From contig CM060734.1 in NCBI GenBank assembly GCA_030704615.1, positions 23,126,001 through 23,190,000 of the forward strand: DNA of 64,000 bases. The letters are read 5' to 3'. Positions within the stretch are counted from its first letter, which is position 1; each line of letters begins with the position of its first letter. Positions 48,790-61,328 of the stretch are shown in pieces. This DNA comes from Takakia lepidozioides. Its lineage: Eukaryota > Plantae > Bryophyta. The notes under the pieces were generated by a model. That model saw only the letters and a list, made by a program, of their open reading frames with translations, was not told the DNA's origin and did not search any database. The translations under genes and the position numbers were made by a program.

Positions 48790-48955
48790 ATATGGACGGC
48801 AGTCTTTTGGCTGCACATGGATTTTCAAAGTTAAGTGCAATGCAGATGGTTCTGTAACAAGGCACAAAGCTCATTTGGCTGCAAAGGGGTTTTCACAAAT
48901 TGAAGGTATGGATTACAATAAAACCTTCTCCCATGTTGCACGGATGGACAATTTG
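48790..48955 (+). pseudogene. Copia RT N-terminal fragment
   Basis: GCTWIFKVKCNADGSVTRHKAHLAAKGFSQIEGMDYNKTFSHVARMD. Confidence 0.88.
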
Positions 48956-49084
48956 CCAAAGTAAAAGTAAAGGGGCGCGATGTAGGAGCTCCGCAAACTG
49001 CGGTGAGAGAGAGAACCCCCAATGGTCTCTTCGTCTCTCTTGCAAGGCCCGACATGAGGTCCCTTCCTAGAATCGACATATTAT

Positions 49085-49290
49085 CCCTTTCTTCCAGTGT
49101 GAAGACTTCTCACTCCTAAGTGCATCTGAAACACTTTGATATTCATCACTGTCAATGAAATAGGCAGAAGATATCTTTGAGGGTTTTTTCAATCATAGTA
49201 GATTGTACCTCCTCCATCTGAACCTCAACAATCTCCTCAACAATCTTCTCTTTCATTTTATCTTCATGAGTTAGAGCCAAGTTCTCTTTT
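49085..49290 (-). pseudogene. Copia integrase-RT linker fragment
   Basis: SAYFIDSDEYQSVSDALRSEKSSHWKKG resembles the EPxSxxEALxxxxxxxWxxAM motif. Confidence 0.5.
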
Positions 49291-49302
49291 TCACAGTATA
49301 CT

Positions 49303-49645
49303 GACGTCCCAATAATAAGGAGTAAGCCTCCATGACTTCATCCATCTTCAACACAGTTACTGTGATCATAAAGATCATCTTCTGTATCTGTATCTTAACT
49401 CCTCTTATCAATCCCAATGGCTGTACACTTCTTTGATCTGCCATTGTTACTGTAAATGGGGCTGGTTTTATGTTACTTAGACCAAGCTTCTTCCTTAATT
49501 GGTCTGTCATGATATTTACTCCAGAGCCTCCATCTATCAGTACATCAGTTAGTTCTGTGCTTCCAATTCTCAATTGGATTACTGGCATAGAATCATCAAA
49601 GTCCATGACTATTTCTCGCCCTTCCGGCTTCACATTATAACTGGT
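49303..49645 (-). pseudogene. Gypsy aspartic protease fragment
   Basis: DVLIDGGSGVNIM..MADQRSVQPLG..LLLGR. Confidence 0.9.
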
Positions 49646-50923
49646 CACCTTGCTGTTAGGTCTGTGTTTCCTGTCTCCTGGGCAATTCGATTGATTGCTT
49701 GATACAGCCTGTGTCTACAATAAGGTGCTATATGTCTGCCCATGCTACCTCTTCTCCTCTCAGGGCTTTGAGTATTTCCTCTGTGAATGATCTGCTCAAA
49801 TACTGTTGGTTCTGTTTCATGGCAAACAGAACGTTCAATACCTGGCCTACCTCCCTTAGCCCTGGGTACACGGCCTTGGTACAAGCATAACCCTGAGTTT
49901 TAAAGAAACTCCCTTCTTGGAATAAGTCCCTTATTTGCAGTCTTGCCCTGTGCTCCTCCACATGCACCTGACCTGATGGCAATTCAAACAATTGCTCTAG
50001 GTATAGGGGAGTAACTTCTAATTCAACTCCCTTCACCGTTGTTGCTCCTGTCTTAGGCTCAAAGTTCTGCAAGAATTGTAACATGTACTGCCTATGGTGC
50101 AATGTCCAATCTTTGCTTTGCAATCCTTCTAATCGTAGCTCCTTCAGTAACTGTACCGCATGTGGAGTAGCAATCGTTTGTTTCTGCAGGATTGTGGTGC
50201 TCTTCACCCTGATTTCTTCCATTCCTCTCACTCTCTTCATTCTAGACCCACAGAAAGGTTTTGGCTGTAACAATTAAAGAAATGTCTGCAGGGCACAAAG
50301 CATAAACGTATGGTTGCCACAAAATGCTATGGGTAATTTCTTGTAAGCCTGCGGGGCTTGCAAGCATCGATTAAGAGAAAAGATACTCTCTGTTCTTCTA
50401 TCCCCGTGCCACTGCGTAAGTAGTATCGCGAGCATATAGTCTGTTAGTTCCTCCATAGCTTCAAAGCTATAGCATTGATGGTCTGTCCCATCGAGACGCC
50501 CGTTACTTGGAACGACGCCAACTCTTGCGCTTAAAATCCCTCCAATTTCTTGATCCTGCTTCTGGCTTATGATTGGCTGTAACTGCTGTGACTGGATTTT
50601 AGATTTAATTTCCTTCCATGGATTTTCCACTCTGGACTGTCCACTAGGATAGCACATGTGACATGGATTTCGCTTTTCGGTACTTTTAAAGGGTTCCGTT
50701 ACCCTTTCCCTGTATGCATTAATGGGCCCATAATAAGTTAATGTGTTGGGTAGGTACTTTGACAGCCAATTTTGTCTTCTTCCTTGATGACACTCGCCTT
50801 TGCAATCCATGTCCGGCTGTGTGTCTTGCCCTGGCGTCCACGTGTCCATTTCTAAACGTGCCTCCGTCCACTTTTCCGCCGGCCACTGTCCGGATGTTAA
50901 CCCACGTCCACCTGTCACGGATC

Positions 50924-53900
50924 CTATGGACTGTGTAACCCCAATAAGTTGTGTTGAGCTGTGACAGGCTGTGTCATACTGTGGTACGCTGTGATAGGCT
51001 GTGACACGCTGTGGTAGGTTGTGATAGGCTGTGTCACGCTGTGATAGGCTGTGTTGCGCCGTGATGGGCTGTGATAGGCTGTGCCACACTTGTACTGCCC
51101 GCCCTGGTCACATACGCTCGGCCTAGCGACAAGTGCTCCATATTCCGTTGGTATCACTGGTGCAGCCCGTGACTGCTTCTGTGTTTCAACATGCAAATCA
51201 TGTTGTAATGGTTTGTCATGGATACCACTGTACCCCTTCAACTTATTGGCATTGACTCTTCCCAGCATCTCTTTGTTAATGGTTTGTAATATGGCGGTGT
51301 TGTTATCATACATCTTCTGTATGACATAAGGTCCTTTCCATGGTGATTTAAGCTTAGAAGCTTTAATCTTTCCTTTCTTTTGCAACCAAAGAACCAAATC
51401 TCCCGTCTTAAAAGTCTTTAACTTGCCTTCATCAAACTGTTCCTTTCTCTTCATCTGAATTCTGGTCATGTTATCAGCTGCATCAGCACGTACTTCTTCC
51501 ACATGGTATAATTCATGTTTCCTGACCTTAATTGAATCTTGCAATTCCATTCTCTTTCCCCATTCCATTCTCATGGTAGGTAATAGGAATTCCACTGGAA
51601 GTAAAGCTTCCATACCATAAACTAATTGGAATGGTGTATACTTAGTGGTGACTTTATATGAAGTCCTGTATGACCACAAAGCTGTCAGCAGCTTTATATC
51701 CCAATCCGTTCTGTTTGCATTGACTATCTTAGCCAAGATAGTACATTGTATTTTGTTGGTAGCCTCTGCCTGCCCATTACCCTGTGGGTAATACGTTGTA
51801 CTTTTCCTATGCACAATCATGAACTCTTTAGTCAATAGTTCAATGGTCTCATTAATGAAGTGACTTCTCTGATCACTAATAAATTCCAAGGGACAGCCAA
51901 ATCGTGTAAGTATGTTCTCATACAAGAACCTTGCTGTGGACTTGGCTGTGTCGTCCCTCAAAGCTTTAGCTTCCACCCACTTCGTAGTATAATCAGTGGC
52001 TGTAATTATGTACCTGTTCTGTGTATTCTTGGCTGGTGGGTTAATTGGTCCAACAAAGTCTAGTCCCCATTTCTGAAATGGTTCAGTAGGCATTGTAGGA
52101 TGCAAAGCCATCTTCCCAGATCTCTGCAAAGGTCCTAGCCTCTGACATTCATCACAACTCTGACAATACTTGTGTACATCTTTGAACAAAGTAGGCCACC
52201 AGTAACCTGCAAGTACTATCTTCGTACTGGTAGTCTCTTCTCCAAAATGACCTCCAGCCACTCCTTTATGAACTTCCTCCAAAACTTTATTTACTTCATG
52301 GTGGTACAAACATTGTTTAAGTACTCCATCAGGTCCTAGCTTATATATTCTGCTTCCTACCATAGTATAAGGTAAAGCCTTGATAGCGATTCTCTTCCTC
52401 TGCTCCTTACCATAACTAGGTGGGCACTGATCATGAGTAAGGTAGTATCTGATTGGCCACTGCCAATCTAACCATTCATCTGCACTTCCTTGCACCTCCA
52501 TTACAAATAAACTCGCATCAGGTAACTGATCGTCTACTCCTGTGGCGGCTTCTCCTATTGTTAGTCGTGACAAATGATCTGCCACAAGATGCAAACGGTC
52601 AGGCTTGTAAACAACCTCAAACTCAAACTCGTGCAAGATTATTAACCACCTTACTATCCTTCCACTTATCAAAGGTTTGTTCACCAGATATATCAGAGCC
52701 TAGTGATCCACATAAAACATCAATTTTCTTCCTAGTAGGTAATGCCTGAATTTCTTGATTGCATAAATCATTGCCAGTGCTTCTCTTTCAATTGTGCTAT
52801 AGTTCCTTTCAGCACTATTCATCAACCTGCTAGCATAGTACACATGTGAATCTATATTTCCTGTAACATTCTGGGCTAACACTGCTCCCAATGCTTCTCC
52901 TGAGGCATCACAGTGAACATGAAATACTACATGCCAGTGAGGGTTAATCAGCACAGGTGTAGTTGTTACTGACAATGTAAGTTCCTCAAAAGCCTGTTGA
53001 CATTCAACTGTCCATGCAAACACTGCATCTTTCTTCAGAAGCTTGCTCAATGGTGCTGCTATTTGTGCATACCTTTTGACAAATCTTCTGTAATAACTGG
53101 TTTGCCCAAGGAATCTCCTTAGACTCTTAACATTTACTGGTGGTGGAGAGACTTTAATGACCTCTGTCTTCCTGGGATCCACAAGAAGTCCTCTCTTACA
53201 CACAATGTGTCCTAGAAGCACCCCTGAGTTCACACAGATAGTACACTTCTCTGGATTCAGGCCCAGACCTCTCATCTTGCATCTGGCTAGACATAACTCC
53301 AATTTATGCAAGTGCTCATTCTTAGAGCTGTACACACTGAAATCATCCAAGAACACATGCATGAAATCATCCAGATACTCATGAAAAGATTCACTTATCA
53401 CTCTCTGAAAGGTTGCTGGTGCATTACAAAGTCCAAAGGGCATGACTTTGTATGCATAAACACCCCAGTCTGTGATGAAAGCTGTCTTTCCCTGGTCTTC
53501 TTCTGCCAGTTGCACTTGATTATAACCATTGAAGCCATCCATGAATGAGTACATCTCATGGCTTGCCACACTGTCCAATACTGCTTCTGTGAATGGCAAG
53601 GGAAATGGATCTTTCTTCGTGCAAGCATTCAACTTCTTATAGTTCACACAAACTCTCAGTTTACCATTCTTCTTGGGAACTATCACAATGGGTGACAACC
53701 AAGTTATATACTCTATTGGGTATATAAACTTAGCCTCAGCCAACTTCTTGATCTCTTCTCCAACCTTCTGTGCATAGTTGGGATTCATTCTGTACCTTGC
53801 CTGCTTGATTGGTACTGATCCTGGTTCCAGTTCAATCTTATGCTGACAGATTTCAGGTGGTATCCCTTTTAGATCCTCATAGCTCCAAGCAAATACATCT

Positions 53901-54163
53901 CTGTATTTGATAAACAAACTCTTAGCTTCTTCAAAGAATTCTGGCTCCAAATCAGCTCCTACCTTCACCATCCTCGGTCCCTCTTCAGTTCCCACATTCA
54001 CTTCCCTCACTTGCTCATCAGCTGTGATTGTCCAACCAGTCACCACTTCATCCTGTAAACTCACAGTGGCTGGTTCCTCTAGGATTTCCATTTCTCCTTC
54101 TCTTTCTTCATAGAAATGTGATGGGTAATTGCTGGTTTCCTCTTCAATTGGTGTTGCTGACAC
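50924..54163 (-). pseudogene. Gypsy pol (RT-RNase H-integrase), in-frame TAG at 52700
   Basis: WLSPIVIVPKKNGKLRVC, MPFGLCNAPATFQR, VFLDDF, CDASG, HHCC, PFQKWGLDFVGP, PQGNGQAE, WKGPY. Copy B has CAG where this copy has the stop. Confidence 0.95.
50948..51088. repeat. 10-bp minisatellite (GCTGTGATAG variants) at the integrase 3' end, copy A
   Basis: Directly visible. Confidence 0.9.
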
Positions 54164-54329
54164 TACACCACATCAGATACCTCTTAAACAACTTAGGCCT
54201 TCCAGCCGCATCTCTGCAACCTGCTCCCACTCTGGGTGTGCAGCGAACAGGGTAGCTTCCTGCTCCTCATCCAGTCCTCCCCTCCAGTCATACTCTCTGA
54301 CCCCTCCATGTCTGCTCGTAGCAGGTAAT

Positions 54330-54780
54330 CTACTAGATTTCTTAGTGGTAATTTGCTCTCATGCCCATCGCTTCGCTCGTCCCATACTACATTGGTTCTC
54401 CTAGGATGACCAAAAGAACTATTGACCAGCCCAGCAACATTGCCGAAGATGTCGGGGTCACCATCACAAAATTTGATCTCAATGGGAGACAACCCCCGTC
54501 TACGTACATCCTGTCTGTTGACACACAAAATGTAGGGTATGATGTATGGGGCTTCGAGGCGTAATGTACGGAACTCCACGGAGGTGTAGTATGGATCGTA
54601 GTAGGGAAACAAGTCCACCATGCTGTTTCTCCAAGGAGGAACCACAATATCATTGACCGTGAATAAACCCCGACCCATAGCAGGGTCTGTAGCGGCTCTC
54701 ACAACATACCGTCTCCCCCAATACTCGAACTCCACATTTTCTCGGATGGGTGCCGGATGAAAAATACCAGGATTTGAATT
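54330..54780 (-). pseudogene. Divergent SET-domain protein fragment
   Basis: MGRGLFTVNDI (GxGLF), LFPY, CDGD..GNVAGLVNSS..TNV (GNxAxxxNHS-like), LVDY (ELxxDY remnant). Confidence 0.65.
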
Positions 54781-55145
54781 CGTTTATTTGTCTTCCCCCT
54801 TTATGTTTTTGTTTTTCCGTACTGGATGAGGCTTTCTCTTAAGGGATGACGAATTACCTGTTAGGATGAAAAACCGTTGCCCTGGATGATGTATATTATT
54901 TTTTCATCCTGCTGATGGACCTCATCCAAATAAATGAACCTATTTATTTTTTCATCTGGACCGGATGAAAAAAGCAGCTTATGATGGCCATGGAGATTTT
55001 TTTAATTTCCCTTAATTATTGCTAATTAAGGAGTGAAACCCTAACTCCTACCCTATAATCTACTGTTTAAACCTAGCTAACGGATGACATCCGTCGGGTT
55101 TTTAAGAGAAAGGGTATTGATTATTCATCCTCCGGATGAAAAATC
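54745..55145. repeat. Cluster of GGATGA(AAA)/TCATCC motifs in both orientations (promoter or subterminal region)
   Basis: More than ten copies visible; palindrome CCTTAATTA..TAATTAAGG at about 55009-55031. Confidence 0.6.
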
Positions 55146-56540
55146 GGGCTCTGCCCTAGGGTGTCTCTCCCGCTGTCAGCTGCATTCCTCGTGCTGCTGA
55201 GCTCGCGAGTTATGGCGTCTGAGCTCTGCTGCTTCATGCCAGACGAGCTCCTGGGGATGCGCAATGGCGGCGTCTTGTCTCTTCTCACAGGCGGGAGAAC
55301 CCGCTGTGATGGCATCGTCCCTTTCCCTCCTTTGGCTTTTATGTTTCGCAGCGGCGCTTTGGTGGGGAAGTATATCGCTCCCTCTCCCTTCTTAGACCTA
55401 GCATTTGCATGCTTGGCTTCTCCTTTGCTATGCTGGAGGTGGCGTGTTGGTGGCGATGGCGCAGTGTTACCTTCCCCAATCGCTCAAGGTGCTTTTGGCG
55501 ATTAGGGTTCATTTTACTTCATATTTTTCTCTCTTGTTTTTGGGGTTCTTAGTTGACATCGATAACAAGTGTAGGGGTATGTGATTCACCTGGGGTTCCA
55601 CAATCCTCACTAACCCATATTTTTATATGGGGGCTTGTGATGGGACCAGGTGAGGATCCCTACCTACTTTGAATTCTCTTGATCTTGCAGATAAGGATGT
55701 GTGCAAAAGGAACATACTGCTGCTGCCTGCAGCCCTGATTTCAGCCCGCTTGCTCCCGGTTTGACATGATGATGCTTGCTTTTGACTTATCTTTTGCTGC
55801 TGCTGATGGAGCACTTTGGCCTGGCAGCCTTGTCTCATGCAGCACTGCATGTGAATCCTACCTTGTCTTGAATCTTTGACAGCTTTGCCTGTGGATTTTT
55901 AGATTAGGTTTCCCCTTTCTTTTTGCCTTAAAAGAGGATTGATGGTGTAAGGGACTAGTCATAAGTGGTTGTTTGGCTCTAAGGATGAGGAGACCTGAGT
56001 TTTGTTAAAGAAGACAGTCTGATAAGGCAGTGACAGGCTTTTTTCAGACCTGGATTTGTTGTGGAATGGAGCATAGTGAGGTTCTATTTGCAAAACATGG
56101 CATTAGCCTCCTGTGAAACAATGACGGTAAGCTCTAAAGGACTCTAGCCAATGATTATTTACTTTATTTTGCCATATGAACAACCACCTGCATTGTATGA
56201 TTTATCTTGGCCAAGTGGGCTTTATCTTGGGCACTCAAAGTGTATGTGTGTCCAGATCTGGATATTGTGACAGGGCAGGCCTTTCTTCCATGCCAAAACG
56301 CCTTACAGGATGTATATATTGGGGCAACTGTACATGATGTAGAATGAAGTCGCAGTCAGTCTTGTCATGCCCAAAGTGATCACTTGGTTGCATATTTGAA
56401 GTCTGATTTACAGCAGGCTGGGCCAGCAAGAGTCCTATGTGCAATGTCTTTAATTGACAATGACCCTAGTTGGTCTTGTCCATGTCTTGACATGACATGA
56501 ATATCTTCCCTCTCCCTCTCTCTTTTTAACTTTTTCTGCA

Positions 56541-57256
56541 GAGGGGTCAACTCTAAGGTTAAGAAAACCATGCTTTGTCGCATTATTAGACCTGTCTTGG
56601 AGTACGGATCTGCAATATGGGTTGATAAATCTGACTTAGAGGCTGTAGTGTCCAAAGCCATGTCTATTGCCATGAGATTGTCTGATGAAAATGAAGTTAG
56701 GCAGAAAACTTCCCTGAACTTGTTTCCAGTCAGTGACATGGGGGAGGACATCTTGGATGACCTCAAGGGTCTACCCACTCTCGGCACTAGACTGAATTTT
56801 AAACTCGGGGCAGGAAGCCTACCTTTGAACAGCAAACAGAAGCAGAGAGGAAAGGGAGAGTGCAATTGCCCGTTGTGTGGACAATCTGAAGACAGTATTC
56901 ATTTTCTGATACACTGTCCGGGGTTCTCTCACCAAAGAGACGCTCTCTTCAAATCTATCAAGGGAATTGTCCCTGTACCTCTGTTTACCAACTTTGAAAG
57001 TCTCAAGGCTGAGCCAAAAGCCCAGGCCCTCCTGAGGCCTAGTTATTGGGCAAATCACACACAGCAGTTTGATGCTTGTGTGAAGGGATTTCTAAGGGAT
57101 ATATCGAAAACCCAGATTAATTCTATATATGAAGGTAAGTCTTACTACCAACGTCAGCCCCTGACAGAGGCAGGTTCTGTCCTTTTTTTTTCCGCTCAAA
57201 TTGGGCGCGGGGTCAATGGCCACAAGGCTACGACAAACAACGTCTTATGAGTACAA
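56541..57256 (+). mobile_element. 5'-truncated, internally deleted LINE (RTE/RTEX-like), copy 3
   Basis: IRPVLEYGSAIW (RT thumb), then RLNFKLGAGSLPLN..CPLCGQSEDSIHFLIHCPG. Imperfect TSD TCTTT(T)TAACTTTTTCT(G/A)CA at 56521-56540 and 57257-57275. Confidence 0.9.
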
Positions 57257-58250
57257 TCTTTTAACTTTTTCTACACCCTCTCTCCCTTGTGGTTTGTTTA
57301 CTTTTGTGAACAGCAAAAAAAAAAAGGAGGGAAGATACTTTTTGTCATGTCAAGACAAAGACAGGACCCCTAGGGTCGTTGTCATGAAAGAATAATTAGA
57401 CATGTCAGCCACTTAACAGTGGCACCATCCATCAACCATCAAGCTTAGAAAATCCAGAATTACATCCATGCACAGTAATGTGTTCATGTCAGTATGATTC
57501 ATAATCCAGAGAGTATGCCACTGATGCTGATTGACCACCAGTCAAGATCATGATACACTTACATAGGTCTGGGTGGGATGGCGGGTACTTGGCCATATTT
57601 TGGCCTTGATGTGGTGCAGGTCACATAGTCATATAGATTTACTGTCTGCAAGCTGTAATCCAAGCATACTTACTAAAACCCCATGGGTATCATGGAGGGT
57701 TTTCTTAAAAAAGAACGGAACACTTGGATATCACAGATTTAAATACCTTGCCTTGCCAGTATTTGTTTAGACTGGTGTGCAGTACAGCTTGCCCCCACAG
57801 GGGATGTGGATATGTCTGGTAAGTTTTCCAGAACACCCCTATACCTTTATTTCTTGCTACAGCTGAAAATCAAAGCTCATGACAAAGCAAGGTAAATATA
57901 AAGGACTGCATACACATCCTGTGACAGTATATGGTACTGTCAGTACACCCTTCACATCATTCCACATTTGACCATGTCATTACACCATGTCCAGGGGGTA
58001 TTTCCACTTGACCACCCTGGCGCCTCAAAAACCAGCTACTATTTATATTACTGCCATATTTCAGTGTCAGTCGAAATAGCCACAAGCAAAAACTTCACCA
58101 TACCCTGGCCTAAGCATCTAGCTAACAAAGCCATCTGGGTTGGAACATAACAGGGGCCTTTTACCAACAGAGGTACCCGAGTAGCTGCAGCAAACAGTTC
58201 CTTGCAGCCTCTCAATTTGTTTCCAACTACCATAAGGTAAGCAAAGCAAA

Positions 58251-60798
58251 CTAGGGCCTGGAAAACAGATGTGTGTCTCTCACACAAGCCATCATAAACC
58301 CGGCTGTCACATCATAGCAGAGGGGTGGGTTAAAAGCAGCATTCCCCCATACCTCAGGCTGTGGTGGCTGTGGTGTGGCTGTAGTAACAACAGGGTCAGC
58401 TACTGGCACAGTGACTTGTTGTGGTGTTGGTGGCACTGGCTCTTGTACCATTGGCATCTCCTGCACCCCCTGCGAAGAAGACTGAAAAGCCAAAGTTCTG
58501 GCTTGTAAATAAGAAGCAATCAGTTGTTCCTCAGGTACAAAGACTCTCTTGTCAATATTTGATGTCAGGTCCTCTACCTGAGTCTGCAGGCCGTCTACAT
58601 CCTCTTGTAGCTCCGCTATCCTACTATAGACATTGTCTATAGTAGTTGTGGCAATGTTCTGCATTTGCAGTCTGAGCTCATTCATCTCGCTTTGGGTGAG
58701 CTTTCGTGGTGCTTTGCCCTCCACCGCCCCTTGTGCTAACCAGACCTGCATAAGGTGGTTATCCACCAATTTGCTTGTGGCACCCCTTAGAGTCTGCTCC
58801 TCTGTGAGCCTGTACACATCTAGCTGCTGCTGTAAAGCCTCCATGCGCTTCGCATGAGGTTCAACCAAATTCGCATATGCAGCAGCCAGATTATTGGCTT
58901 CCTTCCAAGCCTTGTTAGCCACAGAGAGTTCATTTCTATTGGACATGAGCGTTTGTTGCAATTCCAGGATGTACCTCTCTTGGTCAGCTTCAACCTGCCT
59001 GTATTGCTTGAAGGTATTCTCATTGCGACAGATTGTATTCTTCATATCGACAATGAGTTTCGCTTGCTCGACATTCTCTGCCTCTGCCTTCGTACATCTT
59101 TTCGCTTGACTGTTAACTTCTAATGTAGTGTGCTCAAGCGTAGTTGTGAGTGTAGCACATTGTATGGCCATCCTGTTATGCACTGTCTGCAACTCTATAT
59201 GTAGTGCCTTCACTTCTTGCAACTTGCTTTCATGCTTCACCTGCATTTGGTATAGCTGTTGCTTATGTGTTTCGTGCAACTGGTCTTGCGCGAGGCCTGC
59301 CTCAATCAATTGTTCCTTGGCCAATTGCAAAGCAGCTTTTGTATTCTCTAAGTCTTGCTGTATCTTGAGAGTGACCTCCTCATCAACATTGTTTGCACAC
59401 TCAGTGGCAAGTCGAGCCTCAAACTCCTTCCTGAGTTCCTCCCTCAAAGTTGCCAATTGGGTAGTTGGAACATGAGATTTGACATAAGTGCCCAACAAAT
59501 TAAGTGTCCTGCTTATGGAACTCATAAGCATGGCCTGTTGAGGGTCATCATGGTGAGCTTGTTGCTGTTCTCCCTGATCCTCAATAGTTTGATGCCTCAC
59601 GAACCATTCAGGCCATTGCCCCACCAAATTTTCTTCCTGAACCACTTCATCCGTCACAGGTGCTGCAGTGTCTTGACATTCTACCTGTGGTACCTCCGTC
59701 ACAGGTGTGTGTATTATATGCACCGCAGGGTTTCCCCTGTACAACTGTTGCACCTCCGGAATCACTGTGTCCTTGACCAGACCAGAATATTCATAGAGAA
59801 GGTCCCCCTTCTCAATTTCTGCCACCACCTGTTCTGTAGTGGGAATATCTAACCCTTCTTTCTCCAAATCAATTATTTCTGGTGGAACTGTATGGACAAC
59901 TTGTGGTAACTCTGTGACAAGCCGATCATCTGGCTGTGATGGCTGTGATACTGAAGTAACTTCATCTTCCCTCTTTGAAGGTCCCGCTTCCAATAATAGC
60001 AGTTCTCTGTGCTGCTGTGCCCCTTCCTGCACAAGAGCTTGGGAAACATTATCATGCGGATTCCGTGAAGCCAGTGGATCCGCCACTACAGTCTTTCCCC
60101 GCCTCTGTCTCTTAGTCTGGGGTTGCCCTGCCAGTCCACCCTCACTGTGTGAAGAGCCTTGCTCTTCCATTGCAGTGGTTTCAGTCTCAAACACTCCCAT
60201 CTCCTTTCTTTCTTGAGCATCAAGTATGCCAAAATCAAGAATTATTTGAGCAATGATTGGGCCAGACACTATGATAGGAGACTTTGCGGCAGTGCCTTGT
60301 AATCTCTTCATCTCCTCTCAGGGCTTTGAGTATTTCCTCTGTGAATGATCTGCTCAAATACTGTTGGTTCTGTTTCATGGCAAACAGAACGTTCAATACC
60401 TGGCCTACCTCCCTTAGCCCTAGGTACACGGCCTTGGTACAAGCATAACCCTGAGTTTTAAAGAAACTCCCTTCTTGGAATAAGTCCCCTATTTGCAGTC
60501 TTGCCCTATGCTCCTCCACATGCACCTGACCTGCTGGCAATCGAAACAATTGCTGTAGGTATAGAGGAGTAATTTCTAATTCAACTCCCTTCACCGTTGT
60601 TGCTCCTGTCCTAGGCTCAAAGTTCTGCAAGAATTGTAACATGTACTGTCTATGGTGCAATGTCCAATCTTTGCTTTGCAATCCTTCCAATCGCAGCTCC
60701 TTCAGTAACTTTACCGCCTGTGGAGTAGCAATCGTTTGTTTCTGCAGGATTGTGGTGCTCTTCACCCTGATTTCTTCCATTCCTCTCACTCTCTTCAT
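58251..60798 (-). pseudogene. Gypsy extra ORF (about 850 aa; plant-mobile-domain/Athila-ORF-like N-terminus, long coiled coil), frameshift near 60311
   Basis: MKRVRGMEE..QFLQNFEPRTGATTVKGVELEITP..LFRLP, then a 686-aa E/Q/L-rich ORF; N-terminus conserved in copy A. Confidence 0.75.
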
Positions 60799-61328
60799 TC
60801 TAGACCCACAGAAAGGTTTTGGCTGTAACAATTGAAGAAATGTCTGCAGGGCACAAAGCATAAACGTATGGTTGCCACAAAAAGCTATGGGTAATTTCTT
60901 GTAAGCCTGCGGGGCTTGCAAGCATCGATTAAGAGAAAAGATTCGCTCTGTTCTTCCGTCCCTATGCCACTGCGTAAGTAATATTGCGAGCGTATAGTTT
61001 GTTAGTTCCTCCATAGCTTCAAAGCTATAGCATTGATGGTTTGTCCCGTCGAGACGCCCGTTACTTAGAACGACGCCGACTCTTGCGCTTAAATTCCCTC
61101 CAATTTCTTGATCCCTTTTCTGGCTTTCGATTGGCTGTAACCGTTGTGACTCGATTTTAGATTTAATTTTCTTTAGTGGACTTTCTCTGCTGGACTGTCC
61201 ACTAGGATAACACATGTGACAAGAATTTCGCTTTTCTGTACTTGCCGTTTGTTCTGTTGCCCTTTTTCCGTATTCATTAATGGGCCGCCATTCATCCGAA
61301 TTGATGTGCTAAGTTGGTATTTTGACGG

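Larger units (their letters stand above)
49645..54330 (-). mobile_element. Gypsy LTR retrotransposon copy A (RT, RH, INT, minisatellite, start of extra ORF); no LTRs seen
   Basis: Pol domains; closely similar to copy B. Confidence 0.93.

Noticed and set aside
57271-57290. PPT plus TG start of a 3' LTR for Gypsy B
   Set aside because: It overlaps the LINE TSD in a pyrimidine tract, and no second LTR copy or PBS supports it.
55140-58240. Plus-strand spliced gene (AG/GT pairs near 57862-57891 and 58170-58236)
   Set aside because: Only tiny candidate exons with no identifiable protein.
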